A stretch of 64,000 nt of DNA from Felis catus. Its lineage: Eukaryota. Under the pieces are notes generated by a model, which made no database searches, was not told the origin of the DNA, and saw nothing but the letters and a program-made list of their open reading frames with translations. The stretch is taken from assembly GCF_018350175.1 (NCBI RefSeq), contig NC_058368.1, positions 11,160,001-11,224,000 on the forward strand. Reading direction: 5' to 3'. Within the stretch, counting starts at the first letter, position 1. Each line of letters starts with the position of its first letter. The translations under genes were made by a program, and so were the position numbers. Below are positions 53,705-64,000 of this stretch, piece after piece.

Positions 53705-54200
53705 AGATAATAGTATTTGTATAGCACACTACACATTCACATGCATTGTCTCATTTAATTTATCAAACTAAGAATCAGAGTCAGGTAATACTACTATTCC
53801 CAATTTACAAATGGAAAAAAACCAAGTCTCTGAGAGGTTACGTAATTTACTAAGAAATTATATGTTATAATTTCCCACTTATAAATGGGAGCTCTGAGTT
53901 CAACCAAATTCTTTTTACTCCAAATCCAGCATTGGTTATCCTCTTTCCTCAAAAATTATTTGTTTTCCTGTTTCCCTAAGGCAGTCCAAATCTGGAATCA
54001 GGAAACTCGAGTTTGAATCTCAGCCTGACCAATTCCTAAACATGTGGCCCGGAACAAGGTACTTGACTTCTCCAAGCCTCATATCTTGAGGCTGTTACAT
54101 GCAGCTGTACAGCTATTACATGACCTACCTCTTGGGATTGTGAAGATTAAATTCAATCGTACTTATAAAGCTCAAGCATGCAGCAACTACTCAACAGATG
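53705..54200. mobile_element. Two MIR fragments in opposite orientation
   Basis: Antisense core attcccaatttacaaatgg...gagaggtta and sense core acttgacttctccaagcctc...gattgtgaagattaaa. Confidence 0.6.
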
Positions 54201-54231
54201 TTATTTTTCTTGCTATTCTCAGAATAATTAT

Positions 54232-54444
54232 TTAAAAAAACGTTTTTAAATTTATTTGGAGAGAGAGAGAGACGACAGTGAGTGGGGGGAGGGGCAGAGA
54301 TAGAGGGAGAGAGAGAATCCCAGGCAGGCTCCGCACTGTCCGAGCAGAGGCCGAGGTGGTGCTCGAACTCACAAACTGTGAGATCATGACCTGAGCCAAA
54401 ACCAAGAGTCTGGTGCGTAATCAACTGAGCCACCCAGGCGTCCC
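54232..54444 (-). mobile_element. CAN-SINE
   Basis: TSD ctcagaataatt. Confidence 0.95.
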
Positions 54445-55066
54445 CTCAGAATAATTCTTAAGGAAACATTTTAAGAATTTATATGAGATTTCTACCTTTT
54501 TAACTTTCAAATTTAAGAATGTCTATCTGGCCCAATCCTTCAACCCTTTTCTGGTTTTTCTCACCATGAGTACTCTTTGGCAAAGATGTCTAACCATCCA
54601 TGAGCCCCCAAAATACAGTATTTCTACTTGGTCCTCTTTCTAACACACCTAGCAATGATCTTATAATTCCATCTGTACTACACTGAGAGTTAGTTCTCCT
54701 TTTACATGTTTTTTATGCCATGAATTTTCCCTGCTTATAATTCAACTTAATTGACAGGCACAGTTGGGGAAATTCTCAATAAGTCAAAAATATAATCCTA
54801 CTCTTAGGGGAGCTATGATTAGATGCATGTTAGACTTTCTCATTCTTAATCTCGTTCACAGTTCCTGCCTCTTCTTCTATCTGTGCTACATTCTACATAA
54901 CTTCTTCAGATACATCTTTCAGTTCACCAATTCTTTCTTCCAGCTGTGTTGAGTTTATTGTTAAATCTCTTCATTTCTAACTTCACTTATTATATTTTTA
55001 ACTTCTAAAGTATATTTGTTTCTCTGCCTAGTCTATTTGGATATCTTTTAATATTTCTGATTCTCA

Positions 55067-55237
55067 GGGGCAGCTGGGTGGCTTAGTTGGTTAAGCGTCC
55101 GACTTCAGTTCAGGTCATGATCCCGCAGTTCACAAGTTTGAGCCCCGCATCAGGCTCTGAGCTGACAGCTCAGAGATCAGAGCCTGGAGCCTTCTTTGGA
55201 TTCTATGTCTCCCTCTCTCTCTGCCCCTCCCCTGCTT

Positions 55238-55297
<60 letters not shown>

Positions 55298-55328
55298 AAA
55301 AATAAATAAAACATAAAAAAGTTTAAAA
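55067..55328 (+). mobile_element. CAN-SINE
   Basis: TSD aatatttctg(a/g)ttctc. Confidence 0.95.
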
Positions 55329-55626
55329 AATATTTCTGGTTCTCTGAACATATTTTCAAACTTGTCTTATATTTATTTAAAAATAGTAAATATAGTTATT
55401 TCAGAGTCTGTATTTACTAATTCCATTATCTGAAATCCTCAGGGATCTATTTTTTGCTCTTTCTTATTTCTGCTAATTGTTCCTTACAATGCCTTGGTTC
55501 CTTGTGTGCTTAGCAAGTTAACTAGTTTTTTCCTGTGAACTACTTATTTTCCTTGGAATTTTATGTGTGACAGTTCTTTGACTCCAAGAAAAGACGCATT
55601 CTTTCAGAGATGATTGGCACTTATTT

Positions 55627-56898
55627 TTTTGTTTATTGTAGTATATTGGACACCGAATGTTTTATTAGTTTCAAGTGCACCAAATGGTGATCCAACAAGC
55701 CTACACATTTTGCAGTCACCATAGCAAGTGCGGTCATCATCATCACCATGTACAACATCATTATGGTATCATTGACGGTAGTCCCTATGCCATACTCTCC
55801 ACCTCCGTGACTTACTTATTTGACAAATGGAAGTTTGTACCTCTTCATCCCCTTCACCCACTTTGCCCATCCCCTCACTTCCCTCCCCTGGCAACCACCA
55901 ATTTGTTCTCTGTATTTAGGAATCTGTTGCTATGTATTTGTTCGTTCATTTTGTTTTTTAGATTCCACGTGTAAGTGAAATAATATGCTATTTCTCTTTC
56001 TCCGTCTTATTTTACTTAGAATGATACCCTCTAGGTCCACCCATGTTGTCACAAATGACAAGATCTCCTTCCTTTTTGTGCCTAAATAATATTCCGTCGT
56101 ATATACACCTCCTCTTCTGTATCCATTCATGTATGGATGGGCACTTGAGTTGCTTCCATATCTGGGCTATTGTAAATAATGCCACAATAAACATAGGAGT
56201 GCCTGTATCTTTTCAAATTAGTGTTTTTGTCTTCTTTGAGGAAATACCCAGAAGTAGAATTACTGGATCGTATGATAATTCTATTTAAAAATTTTTTTTT
56301 GGAAATCTCTATACTGTTTTCCACGTGGTCACACCAATTTACATTCCTACCAACAGTGCGTGAGAGTTCCATCTTCTCTACATCCTCCCCAACACTGGTT
56401 ATTTCTTGTGTTTTTGATACTAGCTGTTCTGACAGGTGTGAGATGATAATCTCATTGTAGTTTTGATTGTTATTTTCCTGATGATTAGCAGTGTTGAGCA
56501 TCTGAAAACAATGTGTCTTGGGGCGCCTGGGTGGCTCAGTCGGTTAAGCCTCCGACTTCAGCTCAGGTCACGATCTCCTGGTCCGTGAGTTTGAGCCCCG
56601 CATCGGGCTCTGGCCTGATGGCTCAGAGCCTCGAGCCTGCTTCCAGTTCTGTGTCTCCCTCTCTCTCTGCCCCTCCCCCGTTCATGCTCTGTCTCTCTCT
56701 GTCTCAAAAATAAAAATAAAAACGTTAAAAAAAAAAGAAATTAAAAAAAAAAGAAAACAATGTGTCTAATAAGGGGTTGATATCCAAAATATATAAAGAA
56801 GTTACACAACTCAACCCACACAGACAAAAAAAAAAAAAATCTGATATAAAAATGGACAGAGGACATGGAAAGACATTTTTCCAAAGAAAACATACAGA
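55627..56898 (-). mobile_element. Carnivore L1 insertion with a 5' inversion, containing a SINE
   Basis: Antisense L1 3' end at 55627-56503; sense ORF2 piece at 56504-56898; TSD tggcacttattt at 55615-55626 and 56899-56910. Confidence 0.9.
56520..56752 (+). mobile_element. Young CAN-SINE inside the inverted L1 segment
   Basis: Perfect TSD gaaaacaatgtgtct at 56504-56518 and 56753-56767. Confidence 0.97.
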
Positions 56899-58344
56899 TG
56901 GCACTTATTTCTACCAGAATACTACCTGAGAACACTACCAGTCAAGGATCACTCAAAATCAAATTTTTGGCCTAAAACATTTTGGACTATCTAAGTAGTG
57001 TGAAATTCAGTCCCAAACTAATATGAGGACCAGCGTGTGAGTCCAAATTTTCAGCGGTGATTCTTGTTTCTCTGCTTAGTGCCTAGATTGGAAAGTGTAG
57101 TATTTGGGGGGATCCCCCTCTTGGTGAAAGGATGGGTGCCATTTTCCATTCACATGCACTGTGTGTATAGCCCTTTGTAGTCTCAACGTTATGTGGGACT
57201 ACAGTGGTAACATTGGACTAGCTATTAGACTACTCCACAGAGAGGGGGAAATCTCTGGGCTTTTTACCTTCCCCCTGTGTGGTCTTGAAAATCAAAGCTA
57301 AAGTTTATGCAGTTTAGCAAGTGCCCCCAGAGGGACTCAGCTGTGATGTTCTGCTTAACTCTGAGTTCCTTCACTTAGGTTTGCGGTCCAAGAATTTAAA
57401 TAATTTATCCAGAATATGGAATTTATTTCCAGGAGGAGTATCCGTCCATGTACCTATTCTTCATATTACCCAAAGCCAAAGTCTTTGGTAAAATTGGCCA
57501 CTTGGAAAAACGATTTGATCCAGTGAAAATCAAGAAAATACGGTTAAGCGATCAACTAAGTTGTTTCTTTTAGAAGACTATGCACCTGTGCTAACTTTGC
57601 ATTCGCTCTATAACAACTGCCTAACAGGGTGGCCACCACACCAGCCCTCACTCCGAGGGCAGCTTCAGACTGGGCCACGCAGGTTCACGTTGTACAAGCC
57701 ACTGCTGCTCCATAAGGGTATATGGGGCTCTCAGTCTCTGGATGGTAGTGTCCAGAACTGAGAGTTATCCATACTAGAAGGGCAGGCAGACAGAGGGGAG
57801 GGCCGAGAGTGGTGGTGGGGGTGTGAAGTACACTCTTTGGGATACAGTGGAGCATTAGTCCGGAGAAGAAGTCAAAGAGCGAAGGGCTAAGCCTGCCAGC
57901 AGGCGTTCTCCCCAGAAAGCAGCAAGAAACATGGATCTGGGTAAACGAAGCTTCTCTGCTGCTCCCTGGGCTCTTGATAGCATATCTCTTCACCTCAACC
58001 CTGGTGCTCCAACCACGACTTCCACCCCCTCATGGCTGCAGCTTTATTCCCTCAGCCCTCTGTCTCCCCCCCCCACTCTCCTTCCCTAGCCTGGTATCAT
58101 TTATCAAGCAGAAAAATCTCTCTCTATAAATAGCATCCAAAGCTCTCTCTGCAGAGCAATTTGCATGGCCTTTTGAGCAAGACAAAGACATATTTGGAGC
58201 TGTGGGTTAAGGCAATAGTTCCGAGATTTTTCTTAGACCAGTTAAATGTTTAGAAAGCTAAAAGTCTTTACCAAGAGTTTATTTACTTTTGGCTTTCTAA
58301 GTAAAAATATATATGTTTAAAACTATTGCAAACTAGTTTCTGCT

Positions 58345-58778
58345 ATTGTATCTGTTTGTTGCATAAGAAACACCCCCAAAATGCAGTGGCTTCAGATAGC
58401 ACATGTTAATTATTGTCATGCTTCCGTGGCCCCTCTTGTCTGGGCCTGCTTGCCAGGGGCTGGATGGGCCAGGATGCTCTCATTCACATGTCTGGGCCCT
58501 GGGCGTGGCCAACTGGGACAGATAGGGCCTCTCTCCACGTGGTCTCTGATCCCAAGTGGCCAGCAAGGGCATGTTCACATGGTGGTCGAAAAGTTCTCAG
58601 CAGCAAGAGAGAAAGTCCCAGCATACAAGTCCCATTGCCCACAGCAAGTCCTACGGGCAAGTCCAGAGTCAAAAGATAGAGAAATAAATTTCTCCTCTTG
58701 GAGGAGCTGCTAAGTCACATCACAAAAGGACAAACAGGGAAGAATATATGACCACTTGGGCTGCACCCTACTACCATG
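58345..58778 (-). mobile_element. MaLR solo LTR (MLT1H-like)
   Basis: gcataagaaacacccccaaaatgcagtggctt...ctcattcacatgtctgg...gtcccattgcccacagcaagtc. Confidence 0.7.
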
Positions 58779-58989
58779 TAAATCATCTCAGAAAAGAAAA
58801 TAACATCTTATCCAAAAAGTTAGAATAAAAGTTCCTCCCGTGTAAAATATTTAGCTTTATGAAAAAAACCCACTGCACTGCCCTATTATTATAATTACTC
58901 CTACCACCGTGAACTGGTGGAAACTTCATTCCGTCAACATTCTTCTAGAGAACAGCATCTGGGACTGTGATATTAGGAAACCGAATCTG

Positions 58990-59982
58990 TGCGCTGCAAA
59001 GGAAACAATCAACAAAACTAAAAGGCAGCTGACGGAATGGGAAAAAATATTTGCAAATGACATATCAGATGAAGGGCTAGTATCCAAAATCTGTCAAGAA
59101 CTTACCATAGTCAACACCCAAAAAACAAATAATCCAGTGAAGAAATGGGCAGAAGACATGAATAGACACTTCTCCAAAGAAAACATCCAGATGGCCAACT
59201 GACACATGGAAAGATGCTCAACTTCACTCATCATCAGAGAAATACAAATCAAAGCCACACCGAGATAACACCCCACACCAGACAGAGTGGCTAAAATGAA
59301 CAAATCAGGAAACTACAGATGCCGGCGAGGATGTGAAGCGGGAACCCTCTTGCACTGCTGGTGGGAGTGCACACCGGTGCAGCCGCTCTGGAAAACAGTG
59401 TGGAGTCTCCTCAAAAAATTAAAAATAGATCTACCCTATGACCCAGCAACAGCACTGCTAGGAATTGACCCAAAGGATACAGCAGTGCTGATGCATAAGG
59501 GCACGTGTACCCCAATGTTTATAGCAGCGCTTTTAACAAAAGGCAAATTATGGAAAGAGCCTAAATGTCCATCAACTGACGAATGGATAAAGAAGATGTG
59601 GTTTATATATACAATGGAATACTACTTGGCAATGAGAAAGAATGAAATCCTGCCATTTGCAGCAATGTGGATGGAACTAGAGGGTATTATGCTGAGTGAA
59701 ATAAGTCAGTCAGAGAAGGACAGATATCACATGTTTCACTCATATGTGGATCTGGAGAATCTTAACAGAAGACCATGGGGGAGGGGAAAGGAAAAAAAAT
59801 AGTCACAAACAGAGAGGGAGGGAGGCAAACCATAAGAGAACAAACTGAGGGCGGATGGGGGTTGGGGAAGAGGGCAAAGTGGGTGATGGGCATGGAGGGG
59901 GGCACCTGTTGGGATGAGCACTGGGTGTTGTATGGGAGCCAATTTGATAATAAATTATATTCATAAAAAAATAAAAAATAAA
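58990..59982 (+). mobile_element. 5'-truncated felid L1 (ORF2 C-terminus, 3'UTR, polyA)
   Basis: Translation includes [37 protein letters not shown] and WMELEGIMLSEISQ, with stops/frameshifts; TSD aggaaac(c/t)gaatctg at 58975-58989 and 59983-59997. Confidence 0.97.
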
Positions 59983-60168
59983 AGGAAACTGAATCTGGCA
60001 GCATTGCTGAGCACTAGAGAAAAGGGGGAGACCTAGAGGCAGGGAAGCCAGCTAAGAATCCAGAGAGAAGATCATGAGAGAGTGTGAAGGAGGCAAGTGG
60101 GCACTGAAATAACGAGGGAGTGAGGAAGTGTGATAAATAATTCAGAGTAGGTTTAGCACCAGGACTCG

Positions 60169-60169
<1 letters not shown>

Positions 60170-60222
<53 letters not shown>

Positions 60223-60262
60223 ATGAGAGAGAGAGAGAGAGAGGGAGAGGGAGAGAGAGAGA
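60170..60262. repeat. Compound (TG)n(GA)n microsatellite
   Basis: Directly visible. Confidence 0.97.
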
Positions 60263-60329
60263 GTTCAGAGAATGGAGTCCTACTTCTGAGGATTCCACTT
60301 TGGGATAGCCCCCAAATTGTATAATCATC

Positions 60330-60863
60330 TGTGTTAGTTTTCTATTCTTGTGTGACCAGCTGCCACTAGCTTAGCAATTACAAGCATCTGCTTATTATCT
60401 CACAGGTTCCTTGAGTGAGGAGTCGGGCGTGGGTGAAAGCTTGATCTCTGCTCAAGGTCTCACGGGCCAAAATCAAGGTTTTGGCTGAGCCCGGCTCTCA
60501 CCTGGAGGCTCCTGGGATGAATCCATTTTCAGGCTCCTTCAGGCAGAATCCAGGTCCCTGCGGCTGTAGAACGGCGGTCCCCATGTCCTCACAGGCTTTT
60601 CCTTTTCACATGGCCCTTCCGTCTTCAAGCTAGCAATGGCTCATTGAAGCCCCCTGCTTTCTTCTTCTGTCACCAGCCTGAGGAAGCGCTCTGCTTCAGA
60701 GGGCTCGTGTGATTAGGTCAGGCTCACTCGGATAATCTCCCTATTTCAATGTCACTTCTCTGCCATATAACGTGATCCTGGGAGTGATACCCCACCACAT
60801 TCACGAGTTCTGGGGTTTAAACAGACAGCTTTGGGGGCCAGTTTTGGAAACTCTGACTACCAC
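60330..60863 (-). mobile_element. MaLR solo LTR (MLT1D/E-like)
   Basis: tgtgttagttttctatt...ttattatctcacag...ctctgctcaaggtctcac...gataatctcccta...ctaccac. Confidence 0.8.
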
Positions 60864-62214
60864 GTCATCTTCTGCGAAAAAAAAAAAAGTGATACAGTTA
60901 AGGAGATTTCTTTTTCGCAAAAACATAATTTTATGGCGAAATCACCGCGACCTCACAGGATTATTGCTAGACGTATACGCTATAAGAATACAAAAAGGCA
61001 TCGCAAAGATAAAGAATTGGAAGGAGCACAGATTCACAGACTTGGACTTGGAAATCCACCTCCACGACTCACAAGCTGGATGATCTTAAGCAGGTCAGTG
61101 GCATCCAGGAACAATCTCTCTACCCTTGGGGGTTTTATTACTGGCTGCCACTAGGTGTCACTGCCACAGCTGGAGAGAAGAGAAGCTCCTTGTGTCTGTT
61201 CCCTGTGTCCCTGGGGATTGATTTGGATCAAAATCTGTGCATCCCCTGGGTTGTGGATTCCAGAATGTGGAGCTCCTCATCCCTGGGAGAATCAGAAGCA
61301 TGGAGTGATCTAGAGGAATCCGACTCTTCCAAAGGCGTGAGCCACGCGTTTGCTTTGGGAAGGATCTTGTATCATCAGTGCGGTTGGGGGTGGGGGTGGG
61401 TGTCTTGCTTTGCGCCTCCTTCACCAAGATCCTGTGGCTCGGTTCTTTTTGGCAGGGAAGTGGGGTGTTTTCTTGCCCTCCCAGCCTCAGCAGTGTGGTT
61501 TGGCACCGCTGAGACACGAGTGGATGATACGAGCCTAAGCAGAAGTCACAACGCTGAGGTTCAGGGTCCAAGGTGTAGCAGTGGGATTCTTTGTGGCAAA
61601 GCCTCATGTGAAACTGGGCTCTCGGGACCTGGACCATGTTCACGGTTGTTCTCCCCTGGGTCAAACAAACGGACTTTAGATACACTTCAGAGCCCCAGGC
61701 TTCCGGATCAGGAGGCTGGCATGAGGGGCAGAGCCCGTGCAGAATACGGCTAATTTCCAAAGGAGAACTCTCGCCACGGAGAGCTCTCTCCATAGATGTA
61801 GGGCGCACACTTAGAAGAAGATGGCATTTCTAGATGTATGCTTATCATCTGTTGTGGTGGAGTGATCTACAGTGTGGGGGAATGAGTGTTTATATAAGCT
61901 TTTTTAGCACTAGACCCTAATTACCAAGCTTCTCTAGAAGTAACTGCCCATATCTTTACAAGCCAATGCCACTGAAGAAGATAGAGACTTCACAAGTCAA
62001 ACGGTAAATTTTATTAATTCATATAATCTCTGTACCGAGAACGCTGATGTTTCAACAACCTAATGGTATATGGAATGTTTCAGTATTTATAAAACACACA
62101 GAAGAATGTAAAGGTTGAATTATAAGTGATTTTTTTCTTACCATGTATTATGAGAAAGTCAGTCTTGAGAATTATTCCCAGAAGTTGGAGTCTGAAACCT
62201 TTCATGACTTTAAA

Positions 62215-62812
62215 AAATTTTTTTAATTTAAATCCAAGTTAGTGGGGCGCCTGGGTGGCGCAGTCGGTTAAGCGTCCGACTTCAGCCAGGTCACGATCTC
62301 GCGGTCTGTGAGTTCGAGCCCCGCGTCAGGCTCTGGGCTGATGGCTCAGAGCCTGGAGCCTGTTTCCGATTCTGTGTCTCCCTCTCTCTCTGCCCCTCCC
62401 CTGTTCATGCTCTGTCTCTCTCTGTCCCAAAAATAAATAAACGTTGAAAAAAAAATTTAAATCCAAGTTAGTAAACATATAGTGTAATAATGGTTTCAGG
62501 AGTAGAATTTAGTGATTCATTCTTATATATAACACCCAGTGCTCATCCGACAAGTGCCCTCCTTAATGCCCATCACCCATTTAGCCCATCCCTCCACCCA
62601 CCTCCCCTCCAGGAACCCTCAGTTTGTTCTCTGTATTTGAGAATCTCTTATGGTTTGTCTCCCTTTCTGTTTTTATCTTATTTTTCCTTCCCTTCGCCTG
62701 TGTCCATGTGTTGTGTTTCTTAAATTCCACATCTGAGTGAAATCATATGGTATTTGTTTTTCTCTGACTTACTTCGCTTAGCAAAATACATTCTAGTTCC
62801 GTCCACGTTGTT
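62215..62812 (-). mobile_element. Carnivore L1 3' end fragment interrupted by a SINE
   Basis: cacccagtgctcatc...ccttaatgcccatcaccc...ccacatctgagtgaaatcatatgg. Confidence 0.88.
62244..62453 (+). mobile_element. Young felid CAN-SINE
   Basis: Perfect TSD aatttaaatccaagttagt at 62225-62243 and 62454-62472; CpGs intact. Confidence 0.97.
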
Positions 62813-64000
62813 AAAAGAATGTGAAGAAATAACAGGAAAACAAATTAGTTTTTTTTTTAAGACATCTACCCAAGCAGATAATACAATAATTAGATCGGAT
62901 AACCAAGGGCTGTAGAAGCTGTAAAGACAAACAGGCATTCCCCCAGCAGGGGACCTTCCCTCTGCCAGCTTGTTCTCTAGTAGGAACCCGTTTCTTGGGT
63001 GAGGACCTATCTCTTCTTGCTTGTGAGTCTCAGCTTGCATCTCGACCATAAACTCTTGAAGCAGTGTAAAATCCTGTAATCTGTGCAGATGCCCATACCT
63101 GTTTAACAACATTTATAATCAGATCCTGTTCCTTCTTTCGGCTCTGCCATAAGAGTCCTGAGTTGGTTTATTTTTTATATTAGAGGTATATTTGGTGATG
63201 AGAGAGCTTTGTAGCACTTGCAAAAAGAAATGCTAGTGATGGATGGGATTTTTGAGTTTTTACCACGTAATACAATCCTCATAGTGACTCTTTGAGATAG
63301 ATGTTATTATGGTATCTCACTTTAAAGAAAACTGAGGCACAGGGGGGTTTAGTTGTTTTCCCAGTCACATGGCTGGAATGTGAAAAAGCAGGATTCACAG
63401 CTGGGCACAGGACTCCATAGGACCCTACCCCCTGGGGCATCTTGCTACCGTACCTCTCAGGAGGCATGTGCTCGCCTGAGTCTCTGCTTGGAGCCCATTG
63501 TGTCCCCATGGGCAGTTGGATGGGAGCGTGTCACAGGCGAGCAGTGCTAATGGGACGTCACTGGCCCTTCAAATGTATGGAATGGACTTCACCTTTGTCT
63601 TCTTTCTACTACCGTTTGTAAGGAGAAACTGGTTTTTCAGAGCCCCAGTTTCCCACTTTGTAAAATGAGTTACATGTTTCTCTGCGTAAAACGTTGGAAG
63701 AGTGTGAATCTTGAACAAGATCATGTATAGTCATGCGCTCATTAAACTGTAATGCATTATCTCATACCAGGTGTTATAATGATCTCTTGTAATGCGGTTT
63801 TAATAAATAGATGAAGCCATTTTCTGATAAAGCGTTACTTTTATTCTTTTCAAAATACCTAGATTGTATTTTGCTTCCTGACAATTATTTTGTGAGTTTT
63901 ATGTTTCCTTTGGAAAGAGGGTAGAAGTACACTGTTGCAAACCTATCCTAGAGAGCTTTCTGGCTTGTCTGTAACATAGCACTTAACGTGAGCCACTCTA

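Noticed and set aside
58909..59802. L1 ORF2 as a functional gene
   Set aside because: 5'-truncated ~1 kb copy with stops and frameshifts.

Overview
This is mammalian nuclear DNA, almost certainly from a cat (Felidae). It carries about 32 tRNA-derived CAN-SINEs with the feliform diagnostic core, plus L1, L2, L3/CR1, RTE-like, MIR, MLT1 LTR and MER DNA-transposon relics and many microsatellites. Nearly every ORF in the supplied track is a repeat or microsatellite artefact. The one credible gene signal is a CpG-rich promoter-like region (~11.6-12.5 kb) with a perfect CArG box. It is followed by a + strand coding exon (ATG 12541 in strong Kozak context, 68 codons, phase-1 donor after 12745). I could not assign this exon to a gene, and I found no convincing downstream partner exon, so most of the window is probably a long intron. 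Other points of note are a twin-primed (5'-inverted) L1 nested with a young SINE, inverted SINE pairs, CpG-retaining enhancer-like patches, and unexplained minus-strand coding-like signals at 61-64 kb. I found no prokaryotic-type systems, CRISPR arrays or RNA genes, and I cannot claim a novel biological system. Repeat family names come from recognition, not a database search, and boundaries are approximate unless target-site duplications (TSDs) are given.
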